In this document: positions 51,101 to 64,000 of the stretch, in pieces
Position numbering within the stretch: position 1 is the stretch's first letter
How the letters are laid out: the number at the start of each line of letters is the position of its first letter
Origin: Sphagnum compactum
Lineage: Eukaryota
NCBI GenBank assembly: GCA_965153455.1
Contig: OZ234494.1
Location: 9,672,001-9,736,000 of the forward strand
Reading direction: 5' to 3'
DNA length: 64,000 nt
Made by a program: the position numbers and the translations under genes
The notes under the pieces: generated by a model
The model's database searches: none
Told to the model about the DNA's origin: nothing
Seen by the model: only the letters and a program-made list of their open reading frames with translations

Positions 51101-54100
51101 TCAAGTGTTTTGAAATTTCACCCACTTATTTTGAAAATTTTGGCATATCCTACTAAAATAAATTTTCAACATTTAATTTATTTAGATAAATAATATTTAT
51201 TTTCAATTTCAAAGTTCAAATTGTTGAACTTGTCTAGAGGTACATGAGTAGTTGATTAGTTCATGTACAATCACAGTTAACATGAACCAATCTAATGTGA
51301 AGTTCAAAATTTCAAATGCATTTGGACTTTTAGATTAATGTCTTAACCTTTTACATTGTAACAAAATAAACATGTGTGAAAAAATGAGGATTTTCAAATC
51401 AAGCCATTGATTGTTTGGAATAATAGTGGTTGATCATTTTTGTAACGACAATGATTTAGTTGGTAGTTTATACTGAGCTTACAGTTTAGTACCTAAGGTT
51501 TTTACTTATATTTAAATAATGTTATTGAAAACTATTTAAACAAGGTACATGTAGTGATTGTTTTTAGTGAAATTTCGTCATTTTGCTAAAAAATAATGCC
51601 CAAAAACATGGTCCAAGGAACTTTTTGGAAATTTTCCAAAAGTCATTACCTTTGGAGGAATGGTTTTTGAAATTGCCAAGAGTTTTGGAGGATTTTGGAA
51701 AAATTTTAGCTTTCTTCTTTCAAAATTGCCATTATTTAACTAATAGTTTTAGTGTTTCACAAACATGTAATAGTATTCATAGATTTTCTATTTCTCTATT
51801 TGTCTTGTAGCGAGATTTGGTGAAATCCTCTTGTGGATGATCACCACTTTTGGAACAACATGAAAAAATTGAAAAAACAATGGTTATATAACTTTACTTT
51901 TGTCCCCAAAACATTATCATTTTTTGAACTTGAATTTATGTCTAATTTGTCTTGCTTAAATGTTCTTCAGACTTACTATTATGTTTTGATGATGTATGTG
52001 CAATATTCCTACTTAATATGATAGGTTAAAGGTCCCTTATTGGCTTGCACAAAGTTTGATTTGATATCTGGAGTTATAAAATAAAAACAGGCAATTGAAT
52101 ATTACTTATTTGTTTTTTGATTTTGTAGGTGTAATCACCCAACCATTTGGTCACATGGATTATTTCCTGCCTTGTATTTATTACATTCATATTAAAATTT
52201 AAAAACCACATTTCAATGTAAAGGTATTTTATACAAGTACAAATAGTGAAAGGGCTGAAAATATACAAAGAAAAATATGTGGAGGTCAAAATAAGCTCCC
52301 ATGTGTAAAAGGTCTATGTACAATCCAAAAAAATTTAGAAAATATTAAAATTTGAAGTTATAAGATGCCATTTTAGTGTTGTCTAAAAGCTAACCCTTTG
52401 ATTTACTTAAATTGTCTTGTCATGAAATTGCTTACCATATGCATTTTTACTATTGTTGGCACTCAACATGAAACCATTGAAGAAACTTTGTAACAAAAAT
52501 TAGACATCAGTAACAAAATTCAAAAGTCTTTCGAAAAAAGGCTTAATTTATTTAATTTGTCCCCAATAGTCCTAACTCCTCAATTGGATGCAAATTATTA
52601 CTAATTAGATTTTAACTTATGTTTTTGAATTGTTCAAAACATTTATTAATGGCATTTGGGTGTTTGGAAACCTTAAAGTTTAATCTAGTACATGAAATGA
52701 TGAAAACCTATTAAATGTTAATTAGAAAAAACACCTAAAATAGGGGGAGAAAAAGGGACAAGATGGATGGACCCCAATCCATGCAAAAAGAAAAAACCAT
52801 TAATGAGAGTGGATCGCAAATGGAACATGAACAAATCAAGTACTCAAACCTCCCTTAGTTGCAAGGAGCATATCAAATAAAAAGTGGGGAAAAACATTTG
52901 AAAAAACACTTAGCCCAGAAGAGCCCTCACTTATAATAATAACACACCTCAAAATAAAAGTTGTTTGTGTTCATTGCAATGCCACCAACGCCCTTTACCT
53001 ATAAATTGAACACAAAATCAAAAGAGGAGGGCTTCTAGAGCCTTTCACACTCCATGTTATGTTGTCACATCAATGAAGAAAATGGTTGGCTTACTCATGC
53101 AAATACTCAAAGACCTCTATGGCTAGAAGGAAAGATTAGTTTGTTGGGTGTTGATCATGATAAAGGCCATCCTTAATTTAAGTTGTAATTGTTGTAAAAA
53201 CCCCATGAGATAGAGAAAGCTATCCGTAAAACCAGATTTGCTCAAATGGGGTTAATGATGACAATGTTAACCATATAAAAAAATGAGCGAGTGCAAAAAG
53301 AGACCCAATAAGGGAGTCACCAAAACATGTGTTCACAAATGAAATAAACAAATCTCCCAAAGGGGAATGATGATTAAAAAACAAAGAATGTTGAAAGGCA
53401 TAAAAGGAACAAAAAAAGGGAAAAATTGAATCAACTAATTTCTTACTGTTTAAACTTCCTATAAGATGGCCATATGTGAAATGGTGTTGAAGGCATTCAC
53501 TACATCCACCTAAAACACCACTTAATCAAGATGGACATCCAAAACGCCTCAAATACCATGGACCATTGCCTCACAACCACCCTTAATCGCCACGTCAAAC
53601 TAATGTGATGATAGATGAGAAGAAAACATGTCATGAAACTAGAGAAATAAAGCCCTACTAATTAGGTTATAAAACGTTTCATCCACTGCAATTAACTAGA
53701 TGCCACTTCAAAGTTTAACTGAAACCAAAACCTAACAACACCAAAAATGCAAGCCACAGACTATGGGTTGTGGCCTATGGCCACATGGGAATTTAATTGG
53801 TGAAGCTAAATGAAACGATTAATTGGATCTTCGGGGTCAAAAGAATCCCAAAAATGTTCAAAGATAATGTTTGACAAACTACTTCTAACAAATGGAACAT
53901 GCGCAAGAAAGTTAACTTAAAAAAATCCATGGAAAGCTCCACATTTGTGTCCAATTAAAAATCCAACAAGGTGTTCGAATAGGAGGAATTTGAATCTAAA
54001 GGATGCAAGGTTTATAATGCACAAACCATCGTTGATGACATTGAAATCGAGGCAAAGCGACGAAAGCCCTAGCTACACATGCAAACTCCCCAACATGCTC

Positions 54101-55725
54101 GAAGGTTAGGCTTCAATTCTTAATTGACACAAAAGGGGCACAACAAAAAAAAAACTAGAAGAGGCAAGGTTGGTAACATAAATGTGCACAATGATCTGCT
54201 TTTTGCAAAAGTTTCCTCCATTGTAGGAATTTATGATTTGTATGATTATGGACATTCACTTCAATTTTAACTAAAAGAAAATAGTTCCTTGACTTGTTAA
54301 AATCTTTTTTCTATAATGAATAAAACTCAAAAATGTGAAAACCATAATATCATTTCCTAGTCCAAAATCAATTCACTTCACATTTTGTTACCCACTTAAC
54401 AACATCCATCATCACATTTGTTAAACCAACCTTAATAGTGCTTTATTTCTTTCTTCGCTCATGTCCTTTAAGGTGAATGCACATTACACTATCCCTAAAA
54501 TGTTGTCACAATGTAGTTTTTGCAAGATTTTGGGTTTTTAATTACCTATGTGATTAAATAAAATCAACTAAAATGATAAAGGACCCAACATTACAATGTT
54601 GTATATAATATAACCACATTGTATGAATTTCATGGATAATTTTTAAATAGCCATAACATAATGGACTTTCAAAAGAGCATCGAAAAATTTACAACAATTC
54701 ATAATCAATGAGTGTGAACTCCATGCACTTTCATATAGTGTTTTTTAATGAATAAAGAACTTAATGATAACATAATGTGATAACATTGATACCAAGGAAA
54801 ACTTTTTAAAAAAAATTTAATGATCAAAATTTTTTATGTATCTTGAATTGCGTTTTTTTCTTATTAAGTCTTTACTTTAATGAAAGTGATAGTTTATAAG
54901 CTCATCTTTCAAATTCAAGTTCTTCACAAAATAAACTAGCGTTGAAAAAAAATTATAATAAAATTTTAATGATAACTGGTAAAATGATGTGTGTTTCAAA
55001 ATATCCTACCTTCATGTTATTTTCATAATATTAATTTGAGCAAATATGAACTTTCACATGTCCCTAAAAGTGTTACACCTGAGCATGTTTTCACCGTTTA
55101 GAATCTTTCAGTTAAAGTGCCCAATATTGGTGTTGCTGATTCAATTGGTATTCAGCTGTTGCTGATGAACAACAATAGTTTTCAGGTTTGAGCAAGGGTC
55201 AATGTCCCTGGCACACAGGGTATTGGAAAACAGATTCTACACTTCAACACATACATATGACTAGTGAAATTGTGCACTAGTCACTCATGTGATTTCATCT
55301 CTTGTTCCAGTTGGTCACTGGTCATTTTCTCAGTGCTGTCCAGGTTTGCCCTAGTTTACCCACCTTGTTTTGGTGATTGTTTGAAATATCTTAGGATTGG
55401 TTTACCAATGTTTTTCGAAGACAAGTGACCCTTAAAAATAGCTGAGTTCAGAGTATATAAATGGGTAACATCTAAGCCTGGCTTACTGGTAATTTGAACC
55501 CACAACCACTGGCAAGGCAGTTTTCAAATCCCAATCGCTTGAGCTTTTGGCTTGATACTAATATGAAATATGAAAATGGCACCTCTTGTTCCAATGCAAA
55601 CAACTTTGACATGAAATTTTCCCCTCTCCCTTTGTTGTTTTTTCTCTACAACACACAAATTTAATTATTCTTCTTCCAAAAACTCATCCACTTTGTCAAC
55701 CTGAAAATTGATGTGGGGTGCATAC

Positions 55726-56299
55726 CAGTGTTGGGCGGTTCTCACTTTTTGTGAGAACCGGCCAGTTCCAGTTCTCTCATGGTGTTATGAGAACCTGATT
55801 GGTTCTTTGCTGTATAATTTTTTTGGGGCTGGTGAGAACCGGTCAGGTTATCAGTTTTTTTTCAAACTCACATGGTTCTCATATATACAACAACAACCGG
55901 TTTTCACAACCTGATTATTAAATTTTTCATTAATTTAAATCAGTTTTAATAATTAAATAATTAATAATCAAATGACTTCATCACACGAAATGTGAGAAAA
56001 GTAACAGCAACAATGGGAAAAAAGTAATACTTACAAAGAGAGAAGAATAATAATGGGAGAAAAGTAATAGTAGTATGAGAAAAAAAGTAATAGCAACAGG
56101 AGAAGAGTAGTAGTCCCAAGTGAGAAAAAGAACAAGAGGAACCAATAAATGATACAGAGAACTCTGAGAACCGGATCTGAGTTCTACGAGAGAACTTGTC
56201 CAGTTCCCTCAAAAAATATGTATACATTTGAACCGGTTCTCATACCCGGTTCTTGTTCATGTGAGAACCGGGTCAGCATTTGAGAACCGCCCAACACTG
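55726..56299. mobile_element. hAT-superfamily MITE, 574 bp
   Basis: Perfect 19-bp TIR CAGTGTTGGGCGGTTCTCA / TGAGAACCGCCCAACACTG; 8-bp TSD GTGCATAC (55718-55725 and 56300-56307); multiple subterminal GAGAACC/GGTTCTC motifs. Confidence 0.95.
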
Positions 56300-56326
56300 G
56301 TGCATACATTGCAGTCCAAAGGAGGT

Positions 56327-56899
56327 TTGCACTGAGGAGGCCCCTGAATCCCCTCAACACTGTCTCCTCGAGTGTCCCCGCGCCAAACGGGCTTGGGAGG
56401 CCTTCTATCACATATGGCAAAAATGGGGAGCGCCCAATGACATCATTCTTTCCTGGCCTTTCGTCATGCTTGGTGAAGCTGTCTTCGAGAGAGAAGATGA
56501 CCCCCCTGGAGTCCAAGGGTACCATGTAGGAGGCTTCTCCTACATCAGACAACCGCTTGACATCCTTCGCAGTTTTATCCTCTACTTTCTTTGGACAGAG
56601 AGATGCCGGAAGCATTTTGATAACCAGTATTCCTCTAGGAAAATCCTTCAACAAGCCTGGGTTGCTACCGTTGAGGTTGGAATGGCCACTTGGAAGGCCA
56701 TTAATTCCCTTCGATCCTCCCGGGACCCTAGTATTCAAGATAGGATTGAGCAAGCCTTTAAGGCGGAATGGTGCCACTTAGGCATCTTTGGGGTTGATTG
56801 CGTCACCATCGTGTGGTGCTTCTTGCCCCCCTTGTATTTCTTGGATTTCTTTAATGTTTGATGGGGCTGCTGCCTCCCTCCCCTTCTCGGGGTTTCTTC
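56327..56899 (+). mobile_element. 5'-truncated L1-type LINE fragment (ORF2 C-terminus, zf-RVT region)
   Basis: VCTEEAPESPQHCLLECPRAKRAW...ILYFLWTERCRKHF, stop at 56861; flanked by 11-bp direct repeat CCAAAGGAGGT (56316-56326 and 56900-56910). Confidence 0.8.
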
Positions 56900-57174
56900 C
56901 CAAAGGAGGTGTGATCTAGTGTGAGCATGGACAATAATTTGAACATCAGGCACTCAACAGAATCATACTTGAATTTAGGCTAACTATGATTCTCAGTGTA
57001 GGGTAAAGCCCTGGGATGGGAAGATTCTCTAAACAAGGGGCATAAGACAAGGTGAGTGTCGAATCCAGCCCCGCATTTTGGGAATGTCCCGCACTGATAG
57101 GCTTTACCTATATCTTAGAGCATGAGGCAAAATTTATCATGAACCAAGCATATGCAGATCATGAGGCATAGGAG

Positions 57175-57300
57175 TGGGAGGGACATTATGCCTCCTCCTC
57201 AATAGTGGGAGAGACATTAAATTACATATAGGTGTAAGAACTCTCCATATAGGTGTAAGAACTCTCCCACTATTGAGGAGTAGGCATAATATCCCTCCCA
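57175..57300. repeat. Fold-back inverted repeat with 39-bp arms (2 mismatches) and an internal 21-bp direct duplication
   Basis: 57175-57213 is the reverse complement of 57262-57300; catataggtgtaagaactctc occurs twice in tandem. Confidence 0.85.
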
Positions 57301-60300
57301 TTTTGAAGGAGGGAAATTGATGGATATAAGGAGCCCTCCAAATACACTACAGATTTTCTCCCCATGCTTTAGCTTAATATATATATAATTTAAGCATATA
57401 TATTCAGTTACTCTTATATATAAATTTAGGGCAAGTAAGATTCTCAGTTCTATATGAATTTAGACCATGAATTTGCCCATGGGTATACAACCAAAGCTCA
57501 CAATACTTGATTGGTGGTGAACTTCTGCTTGCATCTTCATTGTCTTTGTACATGGTCCTCTTCATCCAGACTTCCCATTGCCTCATGAACAGGTGACTGA
57601 AGGGTAGTGGACCCACATCAAAGGCTGCAGTACTTCTTGGGGTATGTTGTAGGTACTTCTTGTTGTGATGAGCTTAGGTGCTGGGCTGTGCATCAATTTC
57701 AAGTTGCAACTACATTGGCATAAGCTCCTATAGAAAAGTCCTCTCTTGCAATGTGCGCATTATGACCAAAGAAAAGAAGAAGAAGAGTTATATGGCCAAC
57801 AATGAATGAATGGCCTTGAAGAATCTTGTCAAATTTAACATTTTGTAAGGCAGTGCTCAACTAGAAGCCTCAATTGTCAAACCTTTTGGACTCGGTCGCC
57901 AATGAGAGCATGTGAATGGTTGAGGTGTGTGAGCGTCCAGATTGTTCATGGTAACCAGCATGCTTGAGCTGGTTATCGGACTTAACCAAATGCAAAGCTT
58001 ACAGGGTATGGGACATAGAAGAGGGTGAGTTACAAGATTCAACCAACTAGTGACCATGAAAGAGCAAAAAAGTATTAGCGAGGCAAGAAAATGTCATTAG
58101 GCAGCAGGATACGTGATATAATTGGGGAGCTCTTGTCCAATGGCATGCTGCCACATTAGCAAGATGCTCCATACTTTGGTTATGAAATCTTATTACCACC
58201 GTGGCCACTCAGCTACAATGTATCATACCTCTGCACATCATGTGCTCATCATTATTGTCTTACAAGTGACATGATGTAAAAGAGTACTTTGCCCATTTCA
58301 TGAAACAAAGACATTTGCATCCTCTTGTCTTTAAGTCTTCTGTACAGATGCCAACAACTCAACCCACTTGAGAGATTCACACCAGGGACTCCAATTCAGC
58401 GGTTTTTTTTTCTTTGTTTTGTGATGTAGCTGAATTGGTGAGCATCCATAAGAAGATTTAGTCAAATCTTGCTATAAACAAAACATGAAAATAAGAAAAA
58501 TGTTGTCACCCTTCTATTGGAACCTAATACAGAATCTGGCAAATCATTTCAATTTTTTTTTGCAAAATCTGGCAACCTGAAAACACTAACAAAATTCACC
58601 ATTTCGAAAAAATATTCACCATGAAAAGAAAAAGGCTGGACTCCATTCAAATTACACAGCCACAAAAAGATTTAGATACTATGTAGAATCCATTTTCTAA
58701 ATCTGGCAATTTCAAAAAAAAAGTCCTTGCAACCTGGCGAAAGTGGGCCATTTTTTCCGAAAAGAATGTTTTGTATGAGTCATATTGCCTTTTCTTCCAG
58801 CCAGGATGCAAAATTTCGCCATTAGAAAAAAGACACTGAATATCACAGGAACTGTATACAGCAACTAAACTAAGTCCAAGAATGTCGACAACCAAGGATT
58901 TTCTAGTGAAGAGTGAACAGCATTTTGCAACAAATAGAAGCCAAACTGTCGCCAAACCCAGAGTTTCTGAAGATTTGGTAAATCCACTCAACATCAAGCA
59001 CCATCATGAAAACCATAATGAGAAGCCTTAAAACGAATGAACAAAGTTGAATGCTAGTTGAATGCTAGGTAGACAATAGATCACAAGCTGAGCATGCCCA
59101 TATGCTAGAACTAGAGAACAATCAATTATCTGGCAAGGATTCCTGAAGTTGCTCAGGCTTTCCAGCAAATCTTTGAGTGGTTCCAGATTCTCATAAATTC
59201 ACCATCATACTTCAGACTCTTGGTGCTAATCTACACTGGAACAGCCAGAACCCACCACACAGGACTCGCCAGAATGAACCACCAATTCACTAATTTGAGG
59301 TCAAATGAAGATAGTATACCTAATGAAAGAACTCATAGAATTTTTCTAGAGAGGGTACCTTGCCATTGGTAAAATTTCAGCCTCAATGAAGGATGGCACC
59401 TTGTGCATGAGGTAGATTCAAAAAACAGGAAGCTTATAGGTAAAGTGCCTACCCTGCTTCTCAAACTGAATCACATCTGGTGAAAAATCTCCCATAAGGA
59501 CCTTGTCTCACACCTTGCACTGGACCCTCATTCTCAGAACGGCCCATTCTCAATCCCTAACCCCCACACATGAAGTACCTACGAGAAGTACAATTTCAAA
59601 TGTGTAAATACATAAATGAGAAAAAAAATCATTTGATGTCACTACGTTGGGCCTCCTAAATGCGAGACCCCAACAATGGGGTGAACTCAAAAAGGAGTGG
59701 TTGTATTGACATAGTTCAAAGTTGGGCCTGTTACATTAGGGCTCAAGTCCAAGATCAAGGTGGCTGCCTATCTGCCTTCCTGTGTCTATTTTGGCACCAA
59801 ATTCTTGGGCTAATTCATGAAAATGGAACCCTTGAGGAATGGAGACCCAACTTCTTGGCTCAGCCTATGAGTTGGATTATTTATTTATGCATCTTTTAAA
59901 TCAATTTTGGATGTTGTGTCAAGGCTTTATTATAAGAATGGAATGTGGAGGCAAGGAGACCTCGCCTTTGTTCTCTCCTCTTACAGTAGGCTGCTCCCCT
60001 CTCTCATCAAAGCAGATCTTCACAAATTGTGATGACTCAGAGGCAGCCCTTAAAAGGAGATGGGGATGATATAGTGCCTTGATTTGTAAGCAAGCATCCT
60101 TTTTCCCCTCTTGTTTTATCCTCCTTTTCTTATATGAGGCTCGTTAATTGCGCTTTACCAAGCTTTTTCCATTGCCCAGCACATTAAAAGGGTTTACAAA
60201 AACAGAATTGTGCAAGAAAGACACTAACTACTATGCTAGAAGACAACCCCCTAGCCCAAAGCTTTGGTCCAAAATCTTTTGAATTTTAGTTTTGGCTTCA

Positions 60301-61922
60301 CATTGTGATACAAATTCAAGAAACACACAATTTTTGGATGGCTCTTGGAAGGGGGAGTATTGTTTCTCTAGGATTTCTTGCCATCCAGCTTTTTGAGTAA
60401 CTGAGATTAGCTCCACCAATGCACTGGATTTTAACTCCTTAGATCTTGACCAAAGCCAACGTTCATTTCACCCTCTATCAATACTTAGCACATCCAACCA
60501 ATAAATTCATTAGTTTCTCCCCAATTCCCACCCATAAACCTGCAAAAATGAACTCTACAAAGTGATTGACTATTCAAGGCTCATCATCTGGACCAATCAT
60601 TATACTTGCCCAATGAAAAACAGTCATTTCTTGTTATTGGCACCCTTCGAGGGCTCTGTTAATATATGTATAGTTTTACCAGCCGCTAACAGTTTCACAA
60701 TGTTTAACTGCAAAGGTGACTAGATGTAAAAGATTGAACTAGTGATGGATGATGGAGTTGAATGTTGCAATTTGTGACCCAAAAAAATGGAGCGTCACAG
60801 CACTATGTGTTACTTGAGTATGTGGTATCTAAGTCAAAGTGTTGAATTCAAAAGGTCTTGACTCTTGCGAAGGGGGTGGCCTCCCACACACAACTATAGT
60901 GAATGGGTTTCATGGTGCCATCTGACATATTGATGAGAACATGCTGTCACCCTGGACAGCTGAGCGGATTGATGGTCTTTCAAGTTCCTCCTTTTTGGTA
61001 TGGGTTGGATATGACTCTCAGAAAGGTTAGGTGCCCAAATCTCAAATTCCCCCCCTCTCCCGCCGCCCCCAACCGACTTAGAATATTAAGCAGCTTGTTA
61101 CTCCTCAAATTTGTAGCAACTTTTGGCTTTCGCCCCTACATCAGTGAATGGCATTTCTCACAACGATACCGAATCTAAACACTAATATGACTCAAGTTCG
61201 CAACAAGTAGTCGCCATGAGAGTGGCCAGGTCAAAGCTCGCTAGGGCTAAATGGCCTAGTGTAAAGCAGGTCTTAGACAACCAAACTTACTATAATGACA
61301 CATTGCCTTCCAATTCCATTCTAGAATGGAATTGAAAGGCAACTTGCCAGCTGAAGGACTCCACATATACAGACACAAGGTAAACAGAAAAAAATAGTTC
61401 AAGATTTTACAACTCTCTCTGTCACCACTTTCCGTGGGAACATACATTCCTTAAGTTTCTTAGGAGTTCTTTAGGACAAAGAACTCTATCCCAGGGTCCT
61501 ATGTAAGGGTTCCCAATATACCCCACATTTATTTAGTTAATTATTATTTTTCAGAGCTGTCCTCGAACTCAGTAAATGAAACTACATGTTGATGCAGAGC
61601 AAAAATATTTAAATAGTTTAAACTTACAGAAAATAACTACTTGGGAGTCAGGACAAAAAACGAACAGACACCTGCACACACACCGACAGACAGAAAAGAC
61701 TCTGGTGGTTCGAGGCGTTAGTGACTTACGGTCCGAGACTCACTAAGACCTGAAGCTCCAAAGCTCAGCTCACACCATAAGTTACCGACTTCGAAGAGAA
61801 GCTAGAAGAAGTTCAGACCGTAAGAGCAGCTCTTCAACGCCAGCAAGCGAAGGGACCCGAAGATCTAGACCGAAAGAGGAGACGACAGTACTGGTAGCCT
61901 GTGAAACACCGGACTCGGTTCC

Positions 61923-63140
61923 ATGGCGCAATCGGCTTGGAGCACGGAGTATTTCGACCAGAATGTACAGTCTCGGGAAAACTCTGCCGGCACGATCCCT
62001 ACGATCCCTCCAATGTACACGCAACCAGCCTCGGTGACAGCGACGTCCACAAAAACTGGGAGACTCCTAGGCGGTGTCAGCATCGTTCTGCGGGTGGCTA
62101 CCATACTCTTCTCTCTCATCGCCGTTGCGCTCATGGTGTCGTGGAGTCAACCGATCGAGGCACCAGACGGAACAGATTTTCTTTTCACGGACTCCATGAC
62201 TCTTACGTTCTCCGCTTTCGCAGCCTTCGAGTGAGTAGTAGTACTACTTTTTTTAATACTTGACTCTTTTGTGAGATAGCTGTTCGTCTGCATGTCTTGC
62301 TATTGCTTACCATCCTGCGATGTGATTCAGCTATCTAAATTTTTTTTCTCGTTTTATCAAGTCATGGTGAATCAAGCTCGATGAGTCTCGAAGTGAGCTT
62401 TTTTGGTAGTTTGTGATCACACTGTTCCTGAACTGGGGATTGATGCGATGAAAATGGCGGTTGAATATTGAAACCCATATATAAGATCTCGAGACTTAAC
62501 TGTAGTACTCCAAAAAAATGTTTTTTTTAATTTTTTTTTGCTAACTCTGGCTTGGCGTATCATGATGTTGATGACGAGGAATATTACAGCGCCGTGGTGG
62601 CCGTGAATGTAATCGTGACCTTCTACGCGATTGTTCAACTTATCCATACAAGCTTCATCCTGGGTCTCGGAAAAGTTTATCCACAACCGGTTGTAGCACT
62701 CGCAATCATCAGCTTCGTTTTCGATCTGGTGAGAGTCCGTACTATATCCTTATAATTTCCCACTAGATCTTCAAACCAAATTTTTTTCAGAAAATACCAG
62801 ATCGTCACTGCACTATGCTGCACATCCAGACGTTGCAATGCTGAAATTAGATAGGAATCAGTCGAGATCAGGAGTCAGGAAGTTGAACACTGAATGTATG
62901 AATACAGATCTGTATACTACTGCAAAGCTTACTCCAGAAAATGTGGGTCGTGTATAGGTGCTGGCGTTCACGTTAATTGCAGCAAGTGCAGCTGGAACAG
63001 CAATTATAGCTCCTCAACAATATACCAATGTCCCCAAAGCTCAAGCAGCTCTAGCCTTGTCCTTTGTTGCGTTCCTGTTCCTAGCCATGTCCTCTGTCTT
63101 GTCTGCGAGGCGTCTCTTTCAAATGAAGCAATATTATTAG
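61923..63140 (+). CDS. CASPL: CASP-like (CASPL, DUF588/MARVEL-related) four-transmembrane protein, 3 exons
   Basis: Exons 61923-62230, 62590-62728, 62958-63140 with GT-AG junctions. Motifs SIVLRVATILFSLIAVALMV, FSAFAAFDAVVAVNVIVTFYAIVQL, ISFVFDLVLAFTLIAASAAG, AALALSFVAFLFLAMSSVLSARRL. Typical CASPL exon layout. Confidence 0.9.
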
Positions 63141-64000
63141 CCTTCGAGATATCACTATCTTCAACTCAGCATAGTGGGACATCTGTACATCTCATGGGTA
63201 TATAGTATAGAACACGATGCATAAAGTTCTAGAGCAGTATCAGCTCGCGGTTGAGTCGAACCGGATTTCTCCTATGTTTCACTTTCAAGGCATAATATTA
63301 TGGAAGAAAATATTGCATCACAAACGGATAACACACCTTGGAGGTCACAGAAAGAGTCAGGTCTTAGAGCAGCTGCACTGGTGTTCAGTATGTAACCCTG
63401 CAAAAATATTTCTCGCATCCAAGTTTAGTCTTTTACTAATTTCCAACCTCACTCATAAAACTAAAATTACTCGGACTGCAATGAGGTGGGAGACTAAGGG
63501 GAGACTAGTAATAGCAACCCACCTGGACCAATCAAACTATCTAGCCAATCAACAGCAGCAGGTTTTAGGTTTTCCTGTGCCTTTTACCAGCCTCAGAATC
63601 CTGGAGAAAAATGTCGGGTCGAAACTATTTTGCTCAGGAGCTAAACCGGCACGATTTGACTTTTCGTCAATTTTCTTTTTTATGCGACATACTGAACACC
63701 GGTGGAGCTCCTCTCTTACATACTTCACACCAGCAATCATGCTGGATACTTAGATGTTCATCTTAGTCACAACAAATTGCTCCTTATAGCTATGTATGCG
63801 GAGACCTGTCAGTGGTTTCTGGCTAAAATATCCAACCTCCAGTTAGGCAAGCAGAAGCTGGAAAAGCACGAAGTCTGGTGAGAGAGTTGAGAGAGGCGAC
63901 AGTCCCGAGAGACAAAAAGGAAGAGAGAGCGGATCCGTCCTTGGAAGTTGGAGGAGAACCGAGGCTGCCCTCGGAGAAAATAAATACGGAAAAGAGGGGG

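Noticed and set aside
56184-56777. 197-aa minus-strand ORF
   Set aside because: Antisense shadow of the LINE fragment running into the MITE
63217-63753. 178-aa plus-strand ORF after CASPL
   Set aside because: No recognisable domain; lies in the likely 3' UTR or intergenic region

Overview
Eukaryotic, AT-rich plant genomic DNA with spliceosomal introns; the repeat content suggests a bryophyte (moss), which is an inference. Two apparently intact host genes bracket about 55 kb of transposon-rich sequence. On the left is a 14-exon MCTP (FTIP/QUIRKY-family, multiple C2 domain) gene on the minus strand (81-6835). On the right is a 3-exon CASP-like gene on the plus strand (61923-63140). Between them are putative non-autonomous Helitrons, two CACTA elements with exact 3-bp TSDs (one splits a retroelement zinc knuckle), a decayed and rearranged non-chromovirus Ty3/Gypsy (gag-protease and pol in opposite orientations), a hAT MITE, a LINE 3' fragment and a long decayed host-like pseudogene. 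There is also a young full-length Tcn1-like chromovirus (32445-38709, TSD GGTTG) carrying a self-priming PBS, a -1 frameshift pseudoknot and a 155-bp tandem array in its leader. The most unusual feature is a GC-richer island of about 2 kb (20.5-22.4 kb). It holds a 3-exon, signal-peptide-bearing ferritin-like (Ferritin_2/Rds1-like) gene that looks fungal and is now pseudogenised, making it a candidate fungus-to-plant horizontal transfer. All family assignments are from motif recognition by eye; no searches were run.
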